A program made the translations under genes and the position numbers. From an uncultured bacterium (lineage in GTDB: Bacteria; Hydrothermota; UBA3072): a stretch of DNA of 64,000 bases. Location of the stretch: NCBI GenBank assembly GCA_964525555.1, contig CAZGHN010000013.1:1144-65143 (forward strand). The letters run 5' to 3'. Shown here in pieces: positions 31,001 to 44,062 of this stretch; position 1 is the first letter of the stretch, and each line of letters opens with the position of its first letter. The notes beneath the pieces are model-generated. The model searched no databases and had not been told where the DNA came from. It worked only from the letters and a program-made list of their open reading frames with translations.

Positions 31001-32260
31001 ATGAAAGGTAACATAGGTTTTATTTCGACAAGATTCTCCGGTTTAGACGGGGTTTCCCTGGAAACTGCAAAATGGGCGAAAATTTTGGAAGATGAGGGAT
31101 TTAACTGTTTCTATTTTGCAGGAGAACTCGACCGCCCGGAAGAAAAATCTTTCCTTGTTGAAAATGCCCACTTCCAACATCCGGATATAGTGGACATTTA
31201 TAACGAATGTTTCGGCACAAATACCCGCAAAAATTCCGTCACAAGAGAAATACACGAAGTAAAAAAAGAGCTTAAAAGCGAAATCGTCAATTTCGTTAAA
31301 AAATTCGGTATAGATCTCCTAATCATTGAAAACGCTCTGACCATCCCTCTTAACATTCCTCTTGGAATAGCTATAACCGAATTTATCTCAGAAAATAAAA
31401 TGCCGACAATCGCCCATCACCATGATTTTTACTGGGAAAGAAAGCGCCTTCTTGTAAACGCAGTCGGAGAGTATCTTAATATGGCTTTTCCTCCAGTCTT
31501 ACCTTCTATTCGCCATGTGGTAATTAACTCCAATGCGGATCGCGAGTTAAGCTATAGAACTGGAATATCAGCAACAATAATACCAAACGTACTGGATTTC
31601 GAAAAACCTCTTCCCCCTCCCGATGATTATGCGGCTGACGTTAGAGAAAATTTCGGAATAGATAAAGGCGAATTACTTATTCTGCAGCCTACAAGAGTGG
31701 TTCCGAGAAAAGGAATAGAAAATGCTATCGAACTCACAAGTCGCTTAGGAAAAAAGGCAAAACTCGTTATATCTCATGCTTCAGGAGACGAAGGTTTCGG
31801 ATACGAACAGCGTATTGTTGAGTATTCTAAGATACTGGGAGTGAAAACTTTATTTATATCAAAACGCATAAACGAACACAGAGAAACAAACGGTAAAGGA
31901 GAAAAAGTTTACACTATATGGGATATCTATCCCCATGCCGACCTTGTTACCTATCCTTCAACTTATGAAGGATTCGGAAACGCTTTCCTAGAAGCCATTT
32001 ATTGTCATAAACCAATTGTTGTTAACAAATATGTGATTTTTATGTTAGATATAGAGCCAAAAGGATTTAAAGTTATAGCTCTGGACGGATATGTTAATGA
32101 TGAAGCAGTTAAAAAAACAAAAGAAGTACTAGCGGACGCAGAAATAAGAGAAAAAATGGTAAAGCATAATTATAGATTAGCCAAAAGGTATTTTTCTCTC
32201 TCAGTGCTACGCAGAAAACTCAAACATTTAATACGCGAAATCCTTTATTTCGAGACCTGA
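31001..32260 (+). CDS. GT4-like (GT-B fold) glycosyltransferase
   Basis: N-terminal …IGFISTRFSGLDGVSLE… and C-terminal …PSTYEGFGNAFLEA… (EX7E-like) typical of family 4 retaining glycosyltransferases. Confidence 0.5.
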   Translation: MKGNIGFISTRFSGLDGVSLETAKWAKILEDEGFNCFYFAGELDRPEEKSFLVENAHFQHPDIVDIYNECFGTNTRKNSVTREIHEVKKELKSEIVNFVKKFGIDLLIIENALTIPLNIPLGIAITEFISENKMPTIAHHHDFYWERKRLLVNAVGEYLNMAFPPVLPSIRHVVINSNADRELSYRTGISATIIPNVLDFEKPLPPPDDYAADVRENFGIDKGELLILQPTRVVPRKGIENAIELTSRLGKKAKLVISHASGDEGFGYEQRIVEYSKILGVKTLFISKRINEHRETNGKGEKVYTIWDIYPHADLVTYPSTYEGFGNAFLEAIYCHKPIVVNKYVIFMLDIEPKGFKVIALDGYVNDEAVKKTKEVLADAEIREKMVKHNYRLAKRYFSLSVLRRKLKHLIREILYFET

Positions 32261-32713
32261 AAAAAGGATTAGAAGTAGTGCAAGTAAGCCATTCAAGGAT
32301 TAAGTGATAAGTGGTAGGTTTTTTCTAACCCTTGCTTTTCATAATTAATGTTTTTAATTCATCATTCAAAATTAATAATTCAAAATTATTATAGTCCTTA
32401 ATCCTAGCTTGACTTCTTGCTTTTCTACTAATTCCTGCCTGACCCATTAAACTTGCTTCAAGAAGTCCTCTTGACACAGCAGCTTAGAAGCTTTATACTA
32501 TTAATAAACACAATGATAGCAATTTTTACTATTCCACTATTAAAATATTAGAAACCTACCCTAAGAAATACAAAAAAAATCGGATGGAAGGGTAAGAAGA
32601 TAGTATACTTGAAAAATGGAAACGTTAAAAAAAGATAGAAAAAATTATTACCAGTTCTTCGAAGATAAAAACTTTTTATAAAGACAAAAATAAAATATAT
32701 AATAAGGAGATAG

Positions 32714-34078
32714 ATGGCATCCTTTTATTTCTCGACTCATCTAACAATTAAACAAACTCTAATGAAAAAAATCCTACTCATTTCTTATTTGGTATTTGCC
32801 TTGCTAAGTGCTTCCGGTCAAACAACTATCTCAGTAATTAAACCATACGGTGGAAGAGTTGATTGGCGCACCACCAATAATCAAATAGCTTATGATATGA
32901 CTGACCTTAGTGGTTACTTCAATGTCTACAAAACCGACACAAGCGGTATTCCTACCATTAACATTACAAACAAACCAAATGCGCCGCAGAAACATAAGGG
33001 AAATCCTACTTGGCATCCATCAGGCGATTGGATTATCTTTCAAGCAGAAATCGACACAATTCCAGATCTGCTTGACCCCGTTGCAACCCCAGGAATAGGT
33101 GCCTATAATAATTTGTGGGCGACCGATAGCGCTGGAAATCAATTCTGGCAACTTACTTTTCTTCCTCCAACTTTTCCAGCTACAGGTGTCTTGCACCCGC
33201 ATTTTTCAAATAATGGCACCAAAGTAGTTTGGGCGCAAATGTTAGATAACTCAGGGCCTAATAATAATTGGTTTATAAAGATTGCCGATTTTGTTGTGAC
33301 CTCAGGAGTGCCTTCACTTCAAAACATTCAGACACTTCATCCGGGAACAACATTTCCAACCTTATACGAAACACATGGATTTTCTCCTGGTGATAGTATC
33401 ATTACGTTTTCCTCAACAATAAATAATCCAAGGTTATATGAATGGGATGTATTTACTTATAACCTCAATTCTTCTCAGCTAACAAATTTAACCAACTCAA
33501 CAGACTGGGATGAATTTGCTTCTATTTCACCAGAAGGAACTAAAATAGTTTGGGCTACAAGCAAAAATATCACATGGGATACAGCATATATTGAATCTCT
33601 TAGAATGGAATGGTGGCAAATGGATGTAAATGGAGACAATAAAACTCAACTCACTCATTTCAACACAGTCGGATTTCCCGAATACACCCCGGGTAGAAAT
33701 ACCGCAGCTGATCTTAGCTGGGGAACGACAGGCAATGAGTTTATAGGACTTGTGCAGGGCAATAATCCTGCTTTTGGAAAAGATGTAAAAGTAACAATCA
33801 ATACTACAGGATTGAATGATGTAACAATTGACAATGAAATATTAATTAGAATTTTTCCAAACCCTTTTACATATTTTACAACTTTTTCATTTGGTACCAC
33901 TGTAGTAAATGCTGAGATAAACATTTACAACTCTTGTGGAGAAAAAGTAAAAACAATAAATCATATTTCTGGAGACAGAATATTAATATTTAGAGAAAAT
34001 TTATGTCAAGGGATTTACTTTTATGAATTGAAGCAGGATAAATATATTTTCACCGGCAAGTTACTAATTGTTGACTAA
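32714..34078 (+). CDS. secreted PD40/beta-propeller-like protein with T9SS C-terminal domain
   Basis: Signal peptide; C-terminal …IFPNPFTYFTTFSFG…INIYNSCGEKVKTI…GIYFYELK… CTD. Confidence 0.55.
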   Translation: MASFYFSTHLTIKQTLMKKILLISYLVFALLSASGQTTISVIKPYGGRVDWRTTNNQIAYDMTDLSGYFNVYKTDTSGIPTINITNKPNAPQKHKGNPTWHPSGDWIIFQAEIDTIPDLLDPVATPGIGAYNNLWATDSAGNQFWQLTFLPPTFPATGVLHPHFSNNGTKVVWAQMLDNSGPNNNWFIKIADFVVTSGVPSLQNIQTLHPGTTFPTLYETHGFSPGDSIITFSSTINNPRLYEWDVFTYNLNSSQLTNLTNSTDWDEFASISPEGTKIVWATSKNITWDTAYIESLRMEWWQMDVNGDNKTQLTHFNTVGFPEYTPGRNTAADLSWGTTGNEFIGLVQGNNPAFGKDVKVTINTTGLNDVTIDNEILIRIFPNPFTYFTTFSFGTTVVNAEINIYNSCGEKVKTINHISGDRILIFRENLCQGIYFYELKQDKYIFTGKLLIVD

Positions 34079-34739
34079 GGAAATTAGGAACGCATCTTTT
34101 TCTTTGAAAGGTGCCAAGTTAAGAAGTGGGGTTAAATTAATTCTTTTTACCTCTTATTAATATTAAAAATATCTCTGGGTAACTTTTTCTTGTTTGTTTT
34201 CTTTTTCTTCTTTTGATGTTTCTTGCATATTGTATTATATTGAAGTCCGGTCCCCTATTCTTAGTTAATAGTCCGAGGAAATTCCCGGACTAGACCTTTT
34301 TTTAATACTTTATATACTATTACAGCTAATTTTCTCCCGGATGCAATACTTGCAACTTGAGTTCCGGCTTTCCTTTTAATTCTGTTATAATATTGTCTGA
34401 AATTTAGCAGAGATTTTTACTTAAACGCCATTATTCTCAGGAATAATTTGTTTCTAATCATTGCAATTGCTGTATTGACAGTATTTAAGTATAAGAATTT
34501 AGGCGTAGACAGAAAAAATTTTCACTCTTGACAAAACAACACAATACTTTATATTAATAGTAAAGACTTAGTAAGTTTGCTTTTAAGAGTTTTACGAAGA
34601 TTGGCTTAAAGTTCTGAAGGGTCAAAAAGGGTTTTTGTTGTTATTTTTTTTGAGAAAAACCCCTTGACAAATCGGAAATAAATTATAATAATAAAACCTG
34701 TTCTTTGATAATTGAATAGATAATAGATGTTAGACTTTT

Positions 34740-37752
<3,013 letters not shown>

Positions 37753-37800
37753 TTATAAAATACATCTATTATTTGTTCAATTATCAGAGAACAATAAACA

Positions 37801-37830
37801 AAAAAACCGGCTTTGCCGGTTTTTTTGTTT
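37801..37830 (+). terminator. Rho-independent terminator after 23S (AACCGGCtttGCCGGTTTTTTT)
   Basis: Perfect 7-bp GC stem and T7 tract read directly. Confidence 0.6.
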
Positions 37831-38085
37831 TTATAGCCACTGATTCTCACGGATAAACACGGATTCCCTACCCATCCCAAAACTAATCTTTATGTACAAC
37901 AATATAGTTTAAGAAAACAGTGTGTCTCAGTGTTAATCCGTAACCAATTATTCGGTGGTGCGAGGTCGGGTTTTAAACAAACAAAAATCTTTTTTGTTTT
38001 TCTCTGTGTTACTCTGTGTCCTCTGTGGTTCAAAATTTTGGGGTGCAAAATCTTGACATTTAATTCGTATTAAATATTTTAAAAT

Positions 38086-38493
38086 ATGGAGCAAACTTTA
38101 CTTCTAATAAAACCTGACGCTATAGAAAGAAAACTTATAGGCAAAATAATTTCTCGTTTAGAAGAAACATCACTTCGAATTTTAAACATAAAAATGGTTA
38201 TGTTTACAAGAGAAATGACTGAACAATTTTATGGCGAACACAAGGGCGAAGAGTTCTACGAGAGACTTATCAATTACATGGCAAACAAAAAAGTCGTTGC
38301 TTTAAGACTGGAAGGAATGGAAGCGATAAAAACCTTAAGAAATTTAGTCGGGGCAACAGACCCGAAGAAAGCAGAAAAAAACACAATACGGGCGGACTTT
38401 GGCCTTGGAACGCCTCAAAACAGTGTCCACGCCTCGGATTCGGCTAAATCCGCGGAAAGGGAGATTGAATTCTTCTTCGGGGAAAACTTTTGA
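38086..38493 (+). CDS. ndk: nucleoside diphosphate kinase
   Basis: LLLIKPDA…, NTIRADFG…NSVHASDS (active-site His). Confidence 0.9.
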   Translation: MEQTLLLIKPDAIERKLIGKIISRLEETSLRILNIKMVMFTREMTEQFYGEHKGEEFYERLINYMANKKVVALRLEGMEAIKTLRNLVGATDPKKAEKNTIRADFGLGTPQNSVHASDSAKSAEREIEFFFGENF

Positions 38494-38630
38494 ACCGCAA
38501 AGATCACACAGATTTTTTATTTTTTTAACTACTTACTACTATCTACTCACTACTCCCTATTACCTCCTTGCAAATAAGAAAAACGTTTCTATATTAAATA
38601 TATTCTTAATAAAATCAGGAGAAAATTCAA

Positions 38631-39140
38631 ATGAATATAATAGGAGGTATAGCTAAGGGACATAAAATTTTCGCTCCCGATAATATAAGACCAACAAGAG
38701 GAAAAGTACGAGAAGCTCTTTTTTCAATGATAAACGTAAACGGAAAAGCTTTCTTGGATTTGTTTGCGGGCTCTGGTGCAGTAGGTATAGAAGCCCTGTC
38801 CAGAGGCGCGTCAAGAGCTGTATTCGTAGAAAGGTCGCGTAAAGCGGCAACCTATATAAAAAGGAACTTAGAAAAAACGAATCTTAAAGGAGAAATTATA
38901 AATAAATCAGTATCTGCCACTTTAGAAAATCTCGAAGATACCTTTGATTTTATCTTTATGGATCCCCCATATAAGACAGAATTGGTCATGAAAACCTTAA
39001 AAAAAATCGACGTTGTTTTAAAAAAAGACTCAATAATAATTGTTGAGTGCCCGTCGAATGAGGAGTTCGAATATAATGGATTTAAAATTATTAAGAGTAA
39101 GGTATATGGAGATACTTCTCTCACGTTCTTAAGAAAATGA
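38631..39140 (+). CDS. rsmD: 16S rRNA (guanine966-N2)-methyltransferase
   Basis: DLFAGSGAVGIEALSRGA SAM motif and DPPY substrate motif. Confidence 0.8.
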   Translation: MNIIGGIAKGHKIFAPDNIRPTRGKVREALFSMINVNGKAFLDLFAGSGAVGIEALSRGASRAVFVERSRKAATYIKRNLEKTNLKGEIINKSVSATLENLEDTFDFIFMDPPYKTELVMKTLKKIDVVLKKDSIIIVECPSNEEFEYNGFKIIKSKVYGDTSLTFLRK

Positions 39141-39640
39141 AAACGGCAATATACCCCGGTACATTTGACCCTATTACAAACGGTCATATAGATATCGTCA
39201 ATCGAGCCTTAAAAATATTCGACCACCTGACGATAGTTGTTGCCCAACATTATGCAAAACATTTTCTTTTTTCCGCCGAGGAGAGGAAAGAACTATGCGA
39301 ACTGGCAACAAAAGATATTCCAAATGTCGAGGTAAAAATATGGGAAGGCCTTTTGGCTGAATATGTAAAAACAAATAAAGCTGATGCGATCATAAGGGGA
39401 ATGCGGGCTCTTTCCGATTTCGAATATGAATTTCAAATGGGAATGATGCACAGAAAACTCTCCATGGATATAGAGATTATATACTTCTTCCCGGATGAAA
39501 AATATGTTTTTCTCTCTTCAAGTTCAGTTAAGGAAGTTGCCCTTCTCAACGGAGATATATCCGAGTTCGTTCCTGAGGAAATAGGAAAAAGATTAAAGGA
39601 ACGGCTGGCAAAAAGCCACACCCGGGAGCAATTACAATAA
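39137..39640 (+). CDS. coaD: phosphopantetheine adenylyltransferase
   Basis: AIYPGTFDPITNGHIDIV (T/HxGH motif); 167 aa; overlaps the rsmD stop. Confidence 0.9.
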   Translation: MKTAIYPGTFDPITNGHIDIVNRALKIFDHLTIVVAQHYAKHFLFSAEERKELCELATKDIPNVEVKIWEGLLAEYVKTNKADAIIRGMRALSDFEYEFQMGMMHRKLSMDIEIIYFFPDEKYVFLSSSSVKEVALLNGDISEFVPEEIGKRLKERLAKSHTREQLQ

Positions 39641-39693
39641 GTTCATATCAAATATCAATAGAAGTAAAAGCAGGGAGAGGAGGGGACGGACTT

Positions 39694-40638
39694 GTGGGTT
39701 TCAGCCATTTACCTAAACAGCCCAAAGGCGGCCCGGACGGGGGGGACGGAGGAAAAGGCGGAGATATTTATATCCAAGCTTCAGAAGCATACCCTTCTTT
39801 TGAACATCTTCATAAAGGAACTGTTTTTAAAGCAGAAGACGGCAAACCGGGCGGTAAAAACAAGAGACACGGCAAAAATGGTAAGGATCTTGTAATATCC
39901 GTACCCATCGGAACCACAATTTACAAAGAAAATGAAAAAGATTCTTTAGCAGACTTAATATCCGATGGTGAAAAAATTAAAGTCGCAGAAGGCGGAAGAG
40001 GAGGTAAGGGAAATATAAATTTCGCAACTTCCACAAATCAGGCTCCGCGCAAAGCAACGCCGGGTAAAGAAGGAACAAAGGCCGTTCTTAACTTGATGCT
40101 CAGCCCTAAAGCAGATATCGTCGTAATAGGTCCTCCAAATTCCGGAAAATCTTCATTGATAGCCTATATTACCGGAAATTCACCAAAAATAGCAAGTTAT
40201 CCCTTTACTACAAAAAGGCCAAGACTATGGACTTATATGCAAGACTTCAACAGATACACTTTAATGGATACACCGCCTTTAGTGCCGGAAATAATTGAAG
40301 ACATCAAAACACTTCTAAAGAGAGCAAAAACACTGCTCATTGCAATAGATAGCAACCGATTTGAAACTTTTAATAAAATAAAACCCCTGCTAAACGAAAT
40401 AACGGAATATTTTGAAACATTACCAAACACTAAAATCGGAATCGTGCTGACAAAAATCGATAAAGTGGCTTCTTCTGCTAATCTTTCTACTCCATACCCA
40501 ATTTTTCCCGTATCTGTCGAAAACGAAGATGGAGTAAAAGAATTGAAAGAGTTTTTGTTAACGAAGATTAGCCGCGAAGGCACTAAGACACAAATAAAAA
40601 ACCAATCTATTGACAACGAAACACACAAAATACACTAA
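39694..40638 (+). CDS. obg: GTPase Obg (N-terminal Gly-rich Obg fold + G domain); the annotated GTG start probably truncates the N-terminus
   Basis: GGPDGGDGGKGG Obg-fold repeats, VGPPNSGKSSLI P-loop; conserved N-terminal residues (…IEVKAGRGGDGLVGF) are encoded in-frame upstream of 39694 with no ATG/GTG/TTG. Confidence 0.75.
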   Translation: MGFSHLPKQPKGGPDGGDGGKGGDIYIQASEAYPSFEHLHKGTVFKAEDGKPGGKNKRHGKNGKDLVISVPIGTTIYKENEKDSLADLISDGEKIKVAEGGRGGKGNINFATSTNQAPRKATPGKEGTKAVLNLMLSPKADIVVIGPPNSGKSSLIAYITGNSPKIASYPFTTKRPRLWTYMQDFNRYTLMDTPPLVPEIIEDIKTLLKRAKTLLIAIDSNRFETFNKIKPLLNEITEYFETLPNTKIGIVLTKIDKVASSANLSTPYPIFPVSVENEDGVKELKEFLLTKISREGTKTQIKNQSIDNETHKIH

Positions 40639-40863
40639 ACCCAACCACACCAATTAGTTTCGTATTTTTAATTACCAATATACTTTTTTGTCTTTTTCTC
40701 TGTGGTCTCTGTGTCTCCGTGTGAGAATAATTTGGGCTGTGGGTTGGGAAAAACAACAAAAATTTTCCTGTGTTCTCTGTGTGTTTTGTTTTTCTCTGTG
40801 GCCTCTGTGGTAAATATTCTTGTAAAGATTGCGAAAATCAAACCAAATTACTATAATTCGCAT

Positions 40864-41943
40864 ATGATAAAAGAATCAAATCTTCTTAAATTATCGAACA
40901 TCAAAATGAAATCTTCGAGATTAAAAAAGATCATCATCCGTAACGAAAATTTTCTCGAGGAAAAAGATTTCATTGAAAGACTTATCGAAAATGAAGAGAT
41001 ACGAAAAGAAGAAATATTAAAATCCAATAAAATTTCTCTCCTCGAAAAGCAACTTCGGATATTAAACAACCAGGATGTCAGAATACTTACAATATTCGAT
41101 AAAGACTATCCTTCAAATTTGACAAAATTAGAAGATGCTCCGCCTATTCTTTATTGCAGAGGAAATCTTTTACCAAAAGACGAATGTGCAGTATCAATCG
41201 TTGGGACGAGAAATGCGACGGATTATGGTAGGAACGTTACAAGAACACTGGCAAAAAAACTTGCAGAACATGGAATTACGATTGTAAGCGGTATGGCAAT
41301 GGGTATCGACACCCAGGCCCACATGGGGGCCCTCGAAGGCATAGGAAGAACCCTGGCTGTAATGGGAACAGGAATAGACTTGGTTTATCCTGCCTCCAAC
41401 AGAAACCTCGCAAAGAAGATTGCGGAAAACGGCTGTCTGATAACGGAACTCTCCCCCCTTTCACCTCCTCTACCATATCACTTTCCCTCAAGGAATAGAA
41501 TTATAAGCGGACTTTCCAAAGCTGTTATCGCGGTAGAAGCCGGAGAGAGAAGTGGAGTCTTTTCTACGGTAAAATGGGCGCTGGATTATGGAAGAGATGT
41601 GTACGCCTTACCAGGAGACATTTACAGAAAAGTCTCGGAAGGTACAAATAAACTGATAAAAAACGGCGCGATACCTTTGACAAGCTATAAAGATATCCTG
41701 GAAAACACCAACTTCAAAATCAAAGAAGAAAAAAAAGAAGAAATTATAAAAAAACTTCCCGACTTAAACGAGCATGAAAAATTAGTCTACGAAGCCCTTG
41801 AGCAAAAACCAAAAAGTACAGATATACTGGCAGGAGAAACAAACCTTTCACCACAGATTATTATGACTACTATAGCTTTACTTGAACTCAAAGGTCTATC
41901 AAGAGAAATTCCGGGTAAAAGATTTATACGAGAGGAACAATGA
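40864..41943 (+). CDS. dprA: DNA processing protein DprA (Smf)
   Basis: …ILYCRGN…VSIVGTRNATDYG…VSGMAMGIDTQAH… Rossmann-like DprA core; I prefer the internal ATG at 40864 over the 40702 start, which runs through an intergenic repeat array. Confidence 0.8.
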   Translation: MIKESNLLKLSNIKMKSSRLKKIIIRNENFLEEKDFIERLIENEEIRKEEILKSNKISLLEKQLRILNNQDVRILTIFDKDYPSNLTKLEDAPPILYCRGNLLPKDECAVSIVGTRNATDYGRNVTRTLAKKLAEHGITIVSGMAMGIDTQAHMGALEGIGRTLAVMGTGIDLVYPASNRNLAKKIAENGCLITELSPLSPPLPYHFPSRNRIISGLSKAVIAVEAGERSGVFSTVKWALDYGRDVYALPGDIYRKVSEGTNKLIKNGAIPLTSYKDILENTNFKIKEEKKEEIIKKLPDLNEHEKLVYEALEQKPKSTDILAGETNLSPQIIMTTIALLELKGLSREIPGKRFIREEQ

Positions 41944-42623
41944 TTGGAATAATAGACATAGGGAACTCAACATATCACTGCGGATTATTCAAAGGAAATT
42001 CTTTATTTAAGGAAAAAAGAACGATTATACCATCGGACCTTAAAGAAATTTTTTCCGAGACCGAAAAAATCCTATGTATCTCTGTTGTTCCTTCAAAGAA
42101 AAAAACGATAGAAGAAATTATTACTCCTAAGATGATTTCTTTCCCCTCAAAACTAATCGAGTCAGACTATAAATCAAAACCCGGTGAGGACAGATTGGCT
42201 AATGGACTGGGCGTAAAAGATATATTGCCTGCAATTGTCGTTGACTGCGGAAGCACAATTACAATCGATGCGTATAGCATTACAAGGAAGCCCGGTTTCC
42301 TTGTAAAATTTAATGGTGGGGCAATAATGCCCGGTTTAATTCCCTTTTTTTCTTCTGTATCAAACGCTGGCAGTCAACTCCCTTCAATAAAACCTGAACT
42401 CCTAGATAAAATAGGAAAAAGTACAGAAGAATGTATTAAATTAGGTGCATATGGAAGCCTCGTTGGAGGAATTAAGGAAATTTTGGATAGATTGGATTAC
42501 AAAAACAAAAAATTAATATTCACGGGCGGAGACGGGGCAGTTTTTTCCAAATATTTTAAAGCTAAATACGACCCACGCCTTACGCTAAAGGGGGGACTGG
42601 TTGCCTATAACAAAATCTCCTGA
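41940..42623 (+). CDS. coaX: type III pantothenate kinase
   Basis: MIGIIDIGNST… ASKHA N-terminal motif; 227 aa; ATGA overlap with dprA. Confidence 0.85.
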   Translation: MIGIIDIGNSTYHCGLFKGNSLFKEKRTIIPSDLKEIFSETEKILCISVVPSKKKTIEEIITPKMISFPSKLIESDYKSKPGEDRLANGLGVKDILPAIVVDCGSTITIDAYSITRKPGFLVKFNGGAIMPGLIPFFSSVSNAGSQLPSIKPELLDKIGKSTEECIKLGAYGSLVGGIKEILDRLDYKNKKLIFTGGDGAVFSKYFKAKYDPRLTLKGGLVAYNKIS

Positions 42624-43011
42624 AGAAACCATGCTTTTGGCCGAAGATCTTGTCAAAAGCATAACTTCACCAGTATGTATCGCACTTATAGGAGAACTCG
42701 GTGCAGGTAAAACTGTCTTTGTCAAGGGACTCGCAAAAGGGCTTGGAATAGAAGAAGTTATTAAAAGTCCTACTTTCGTACTCATGCGCTCCTATAGAGG
42801 ACGAATGAATTTACATCACATAGATCTTTACAGAATAAGACTTATTGACGAATTTTTACCTTTTGAAGAAACTTTGTTGGATGAAGGAATTACAGCAATA
42901 GAGTGGGCAGAAAGAGCGACAGGCTTTCTTCCGGAAAAAAGAATAGAAGTAAAATTTAAAATGCTCTCCGGGAACAGCAGAGAAATTATTATAAATGATA
43001 TTAGGCATTGA
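42601..43011 (+). CDS. tsaE: tRNA t6A biosynthesis ATPase TsaE
   Basis: …ALIGELGAGKTVFVKGLAKGLG…SPTFVLMRSY…. Confidence 0.8.
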   Translation: MPITKSPEETMLLAEDLVKSITSPVCIALIGELGAGKTVFVKGLAKGLGIEEVIKSPTFVLMRSYRGRMNLHHIDLYRIRLIDEFLPFEETLLDEGITAIEWAERATGFLPEKRIEVKFKMLSGNSREIIINDIRH

Positions 43012-44062
43012 CTGCAGCAGCAAAGAAGGCGGACTCGCTACGGGAGAAAATTCTTTTTATCCTCTAAAGTGGGTTGAGGATATTACCTCCAAATTAAAAG
43101 AACTCGATGTAAACGCAGGAGATATCGAGAAAATATTAATTACTCACGGACCCGGCTCTTTCACTTCCCTGCGGGTCGGACTTGTAACAGCTCAGGGCTT
43201 ATCATTTCCGAAAAATACTCCAATCTTAGCGTATTCAACTTTCCTTGCGATGTTAGAAAACGGCCCCGAAGGAGATTTAATCCCTTTAATTCCGGCAAGA
43301 AGCAGAGTTGTTTATGCCGCCCATTATAGAAAAACAAACGATAACTTAAAAGAAATTTTTAAAAACACGATTTTTAAAATTGAAGATTTTATAGATTACC
43401 TGAAAAAAAACTTCAAAAAATCAAAACCTATCATCTTCGGCAGTGGAGCACAGATAAACAAAGATTCTTTGGAAAAAAAAGGATATAATGTTTTATCCAA
43501 TATGTCCAATCCTTTAGCATGTAATTTGTTCTCTCTATACAAAAAAAATACAGAACATGTAAAAAACCCACTTACTCCTTTATATCTTTCAAGTTCAGCT
43601 GTGATAAGAAAAAGAAATGCCGCCGATATTAGAATAAGAGAAATGAAAGAAGAAGACTTAAAGGAAATTATAGAAATCGAAAAGGATGTTTTTACGAATC
43701 CATGGCCTTACGAGTTTTTCTATCCCCATTTAATATCAGACACTTGCTTGAAATTCGTGGCAGAGCTCTCCGAAGAAATTGTAGGGTATGTCATTGGCTG
43801 CCAGGAAGAAAACAAACTTCACCTGGGCAACTTTGCTATTAAGCGAACACATTGGAGAAAAGGTTTCGGAACTAAATTATTAACTTATTTGCTGGAAAAA
43901 ATCTCAAAAATATCCACAATCGATTTTTGCTATCTTGAGCACCGTGTTAAAAATGAAGCGGCATTTGAACTTTACAAGTCTTTAGGTTTTACTTACCAGG
44001 GTATAAAAAAAGATTACTATAAAGAAGGCGAAGATGCGGTTGTTATGGGAATTAAATGTTGA
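42995..44062 (+). CDS. TsaB (t6A) fused to RimI-type GNAT N-acetyltransferase
   Basis: N-terminus MILGIDCSS…ILITHGPGSFTSLRVGL (TsaB/YeaZ); C-terminus …IREMKEEDLKEIIEIEKDVFTNPW…RKGFGTKLL (RimI acetyl-CoA motif) in one 355-aa ORF. Confidence 0.75.
   Translation: MILGIDCSSKEGGLATGENSFYPLKWVEDITSKLKELDVNAGDIEKILITHGPGSFTSLRVGLVTAQGLSFPKNTPILAYSTFLAMLENGPEGDLIPLIPARSRVVYAAHYRKTNDNLKEIFKNTIFKIEDFIDYLKKNFKKSKPIIFGSGAQINKDSLEKKGYNVLSNMSNPLACNLFSLYKKNTEHVKNPLTPLYLSSSAVIRKRNAADIRIREMKEEDLKEIIEIEKDVFTNPWPYEFFYPHLISDTCLKFVAELSEEIVGYVIGCQEENKLHLGNFAIKRTHWRKGFGTKLLTYLLEKISKISTIDFCYLEHRVKNEAAFELYKSLGFTYQGIKKDYYKEGEDAVVMGIKC

Noticed and set aside
37753-38085. Expected 5S rRNA downstream of the 23S
   Set aside because: I found no sequence resembling 5S (no conserved helix I/IV blocks). 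Instead there is a terminator and then repeat motifs before ndk.
40702-40863. N-terminal extension of dprA (MVSVSPCENNLGCGLG…)
   Set aside because: The extension is a translation of the CTCTGTG repeat array. The internal ATG at 40864 gives a normal DprA N-terminus.
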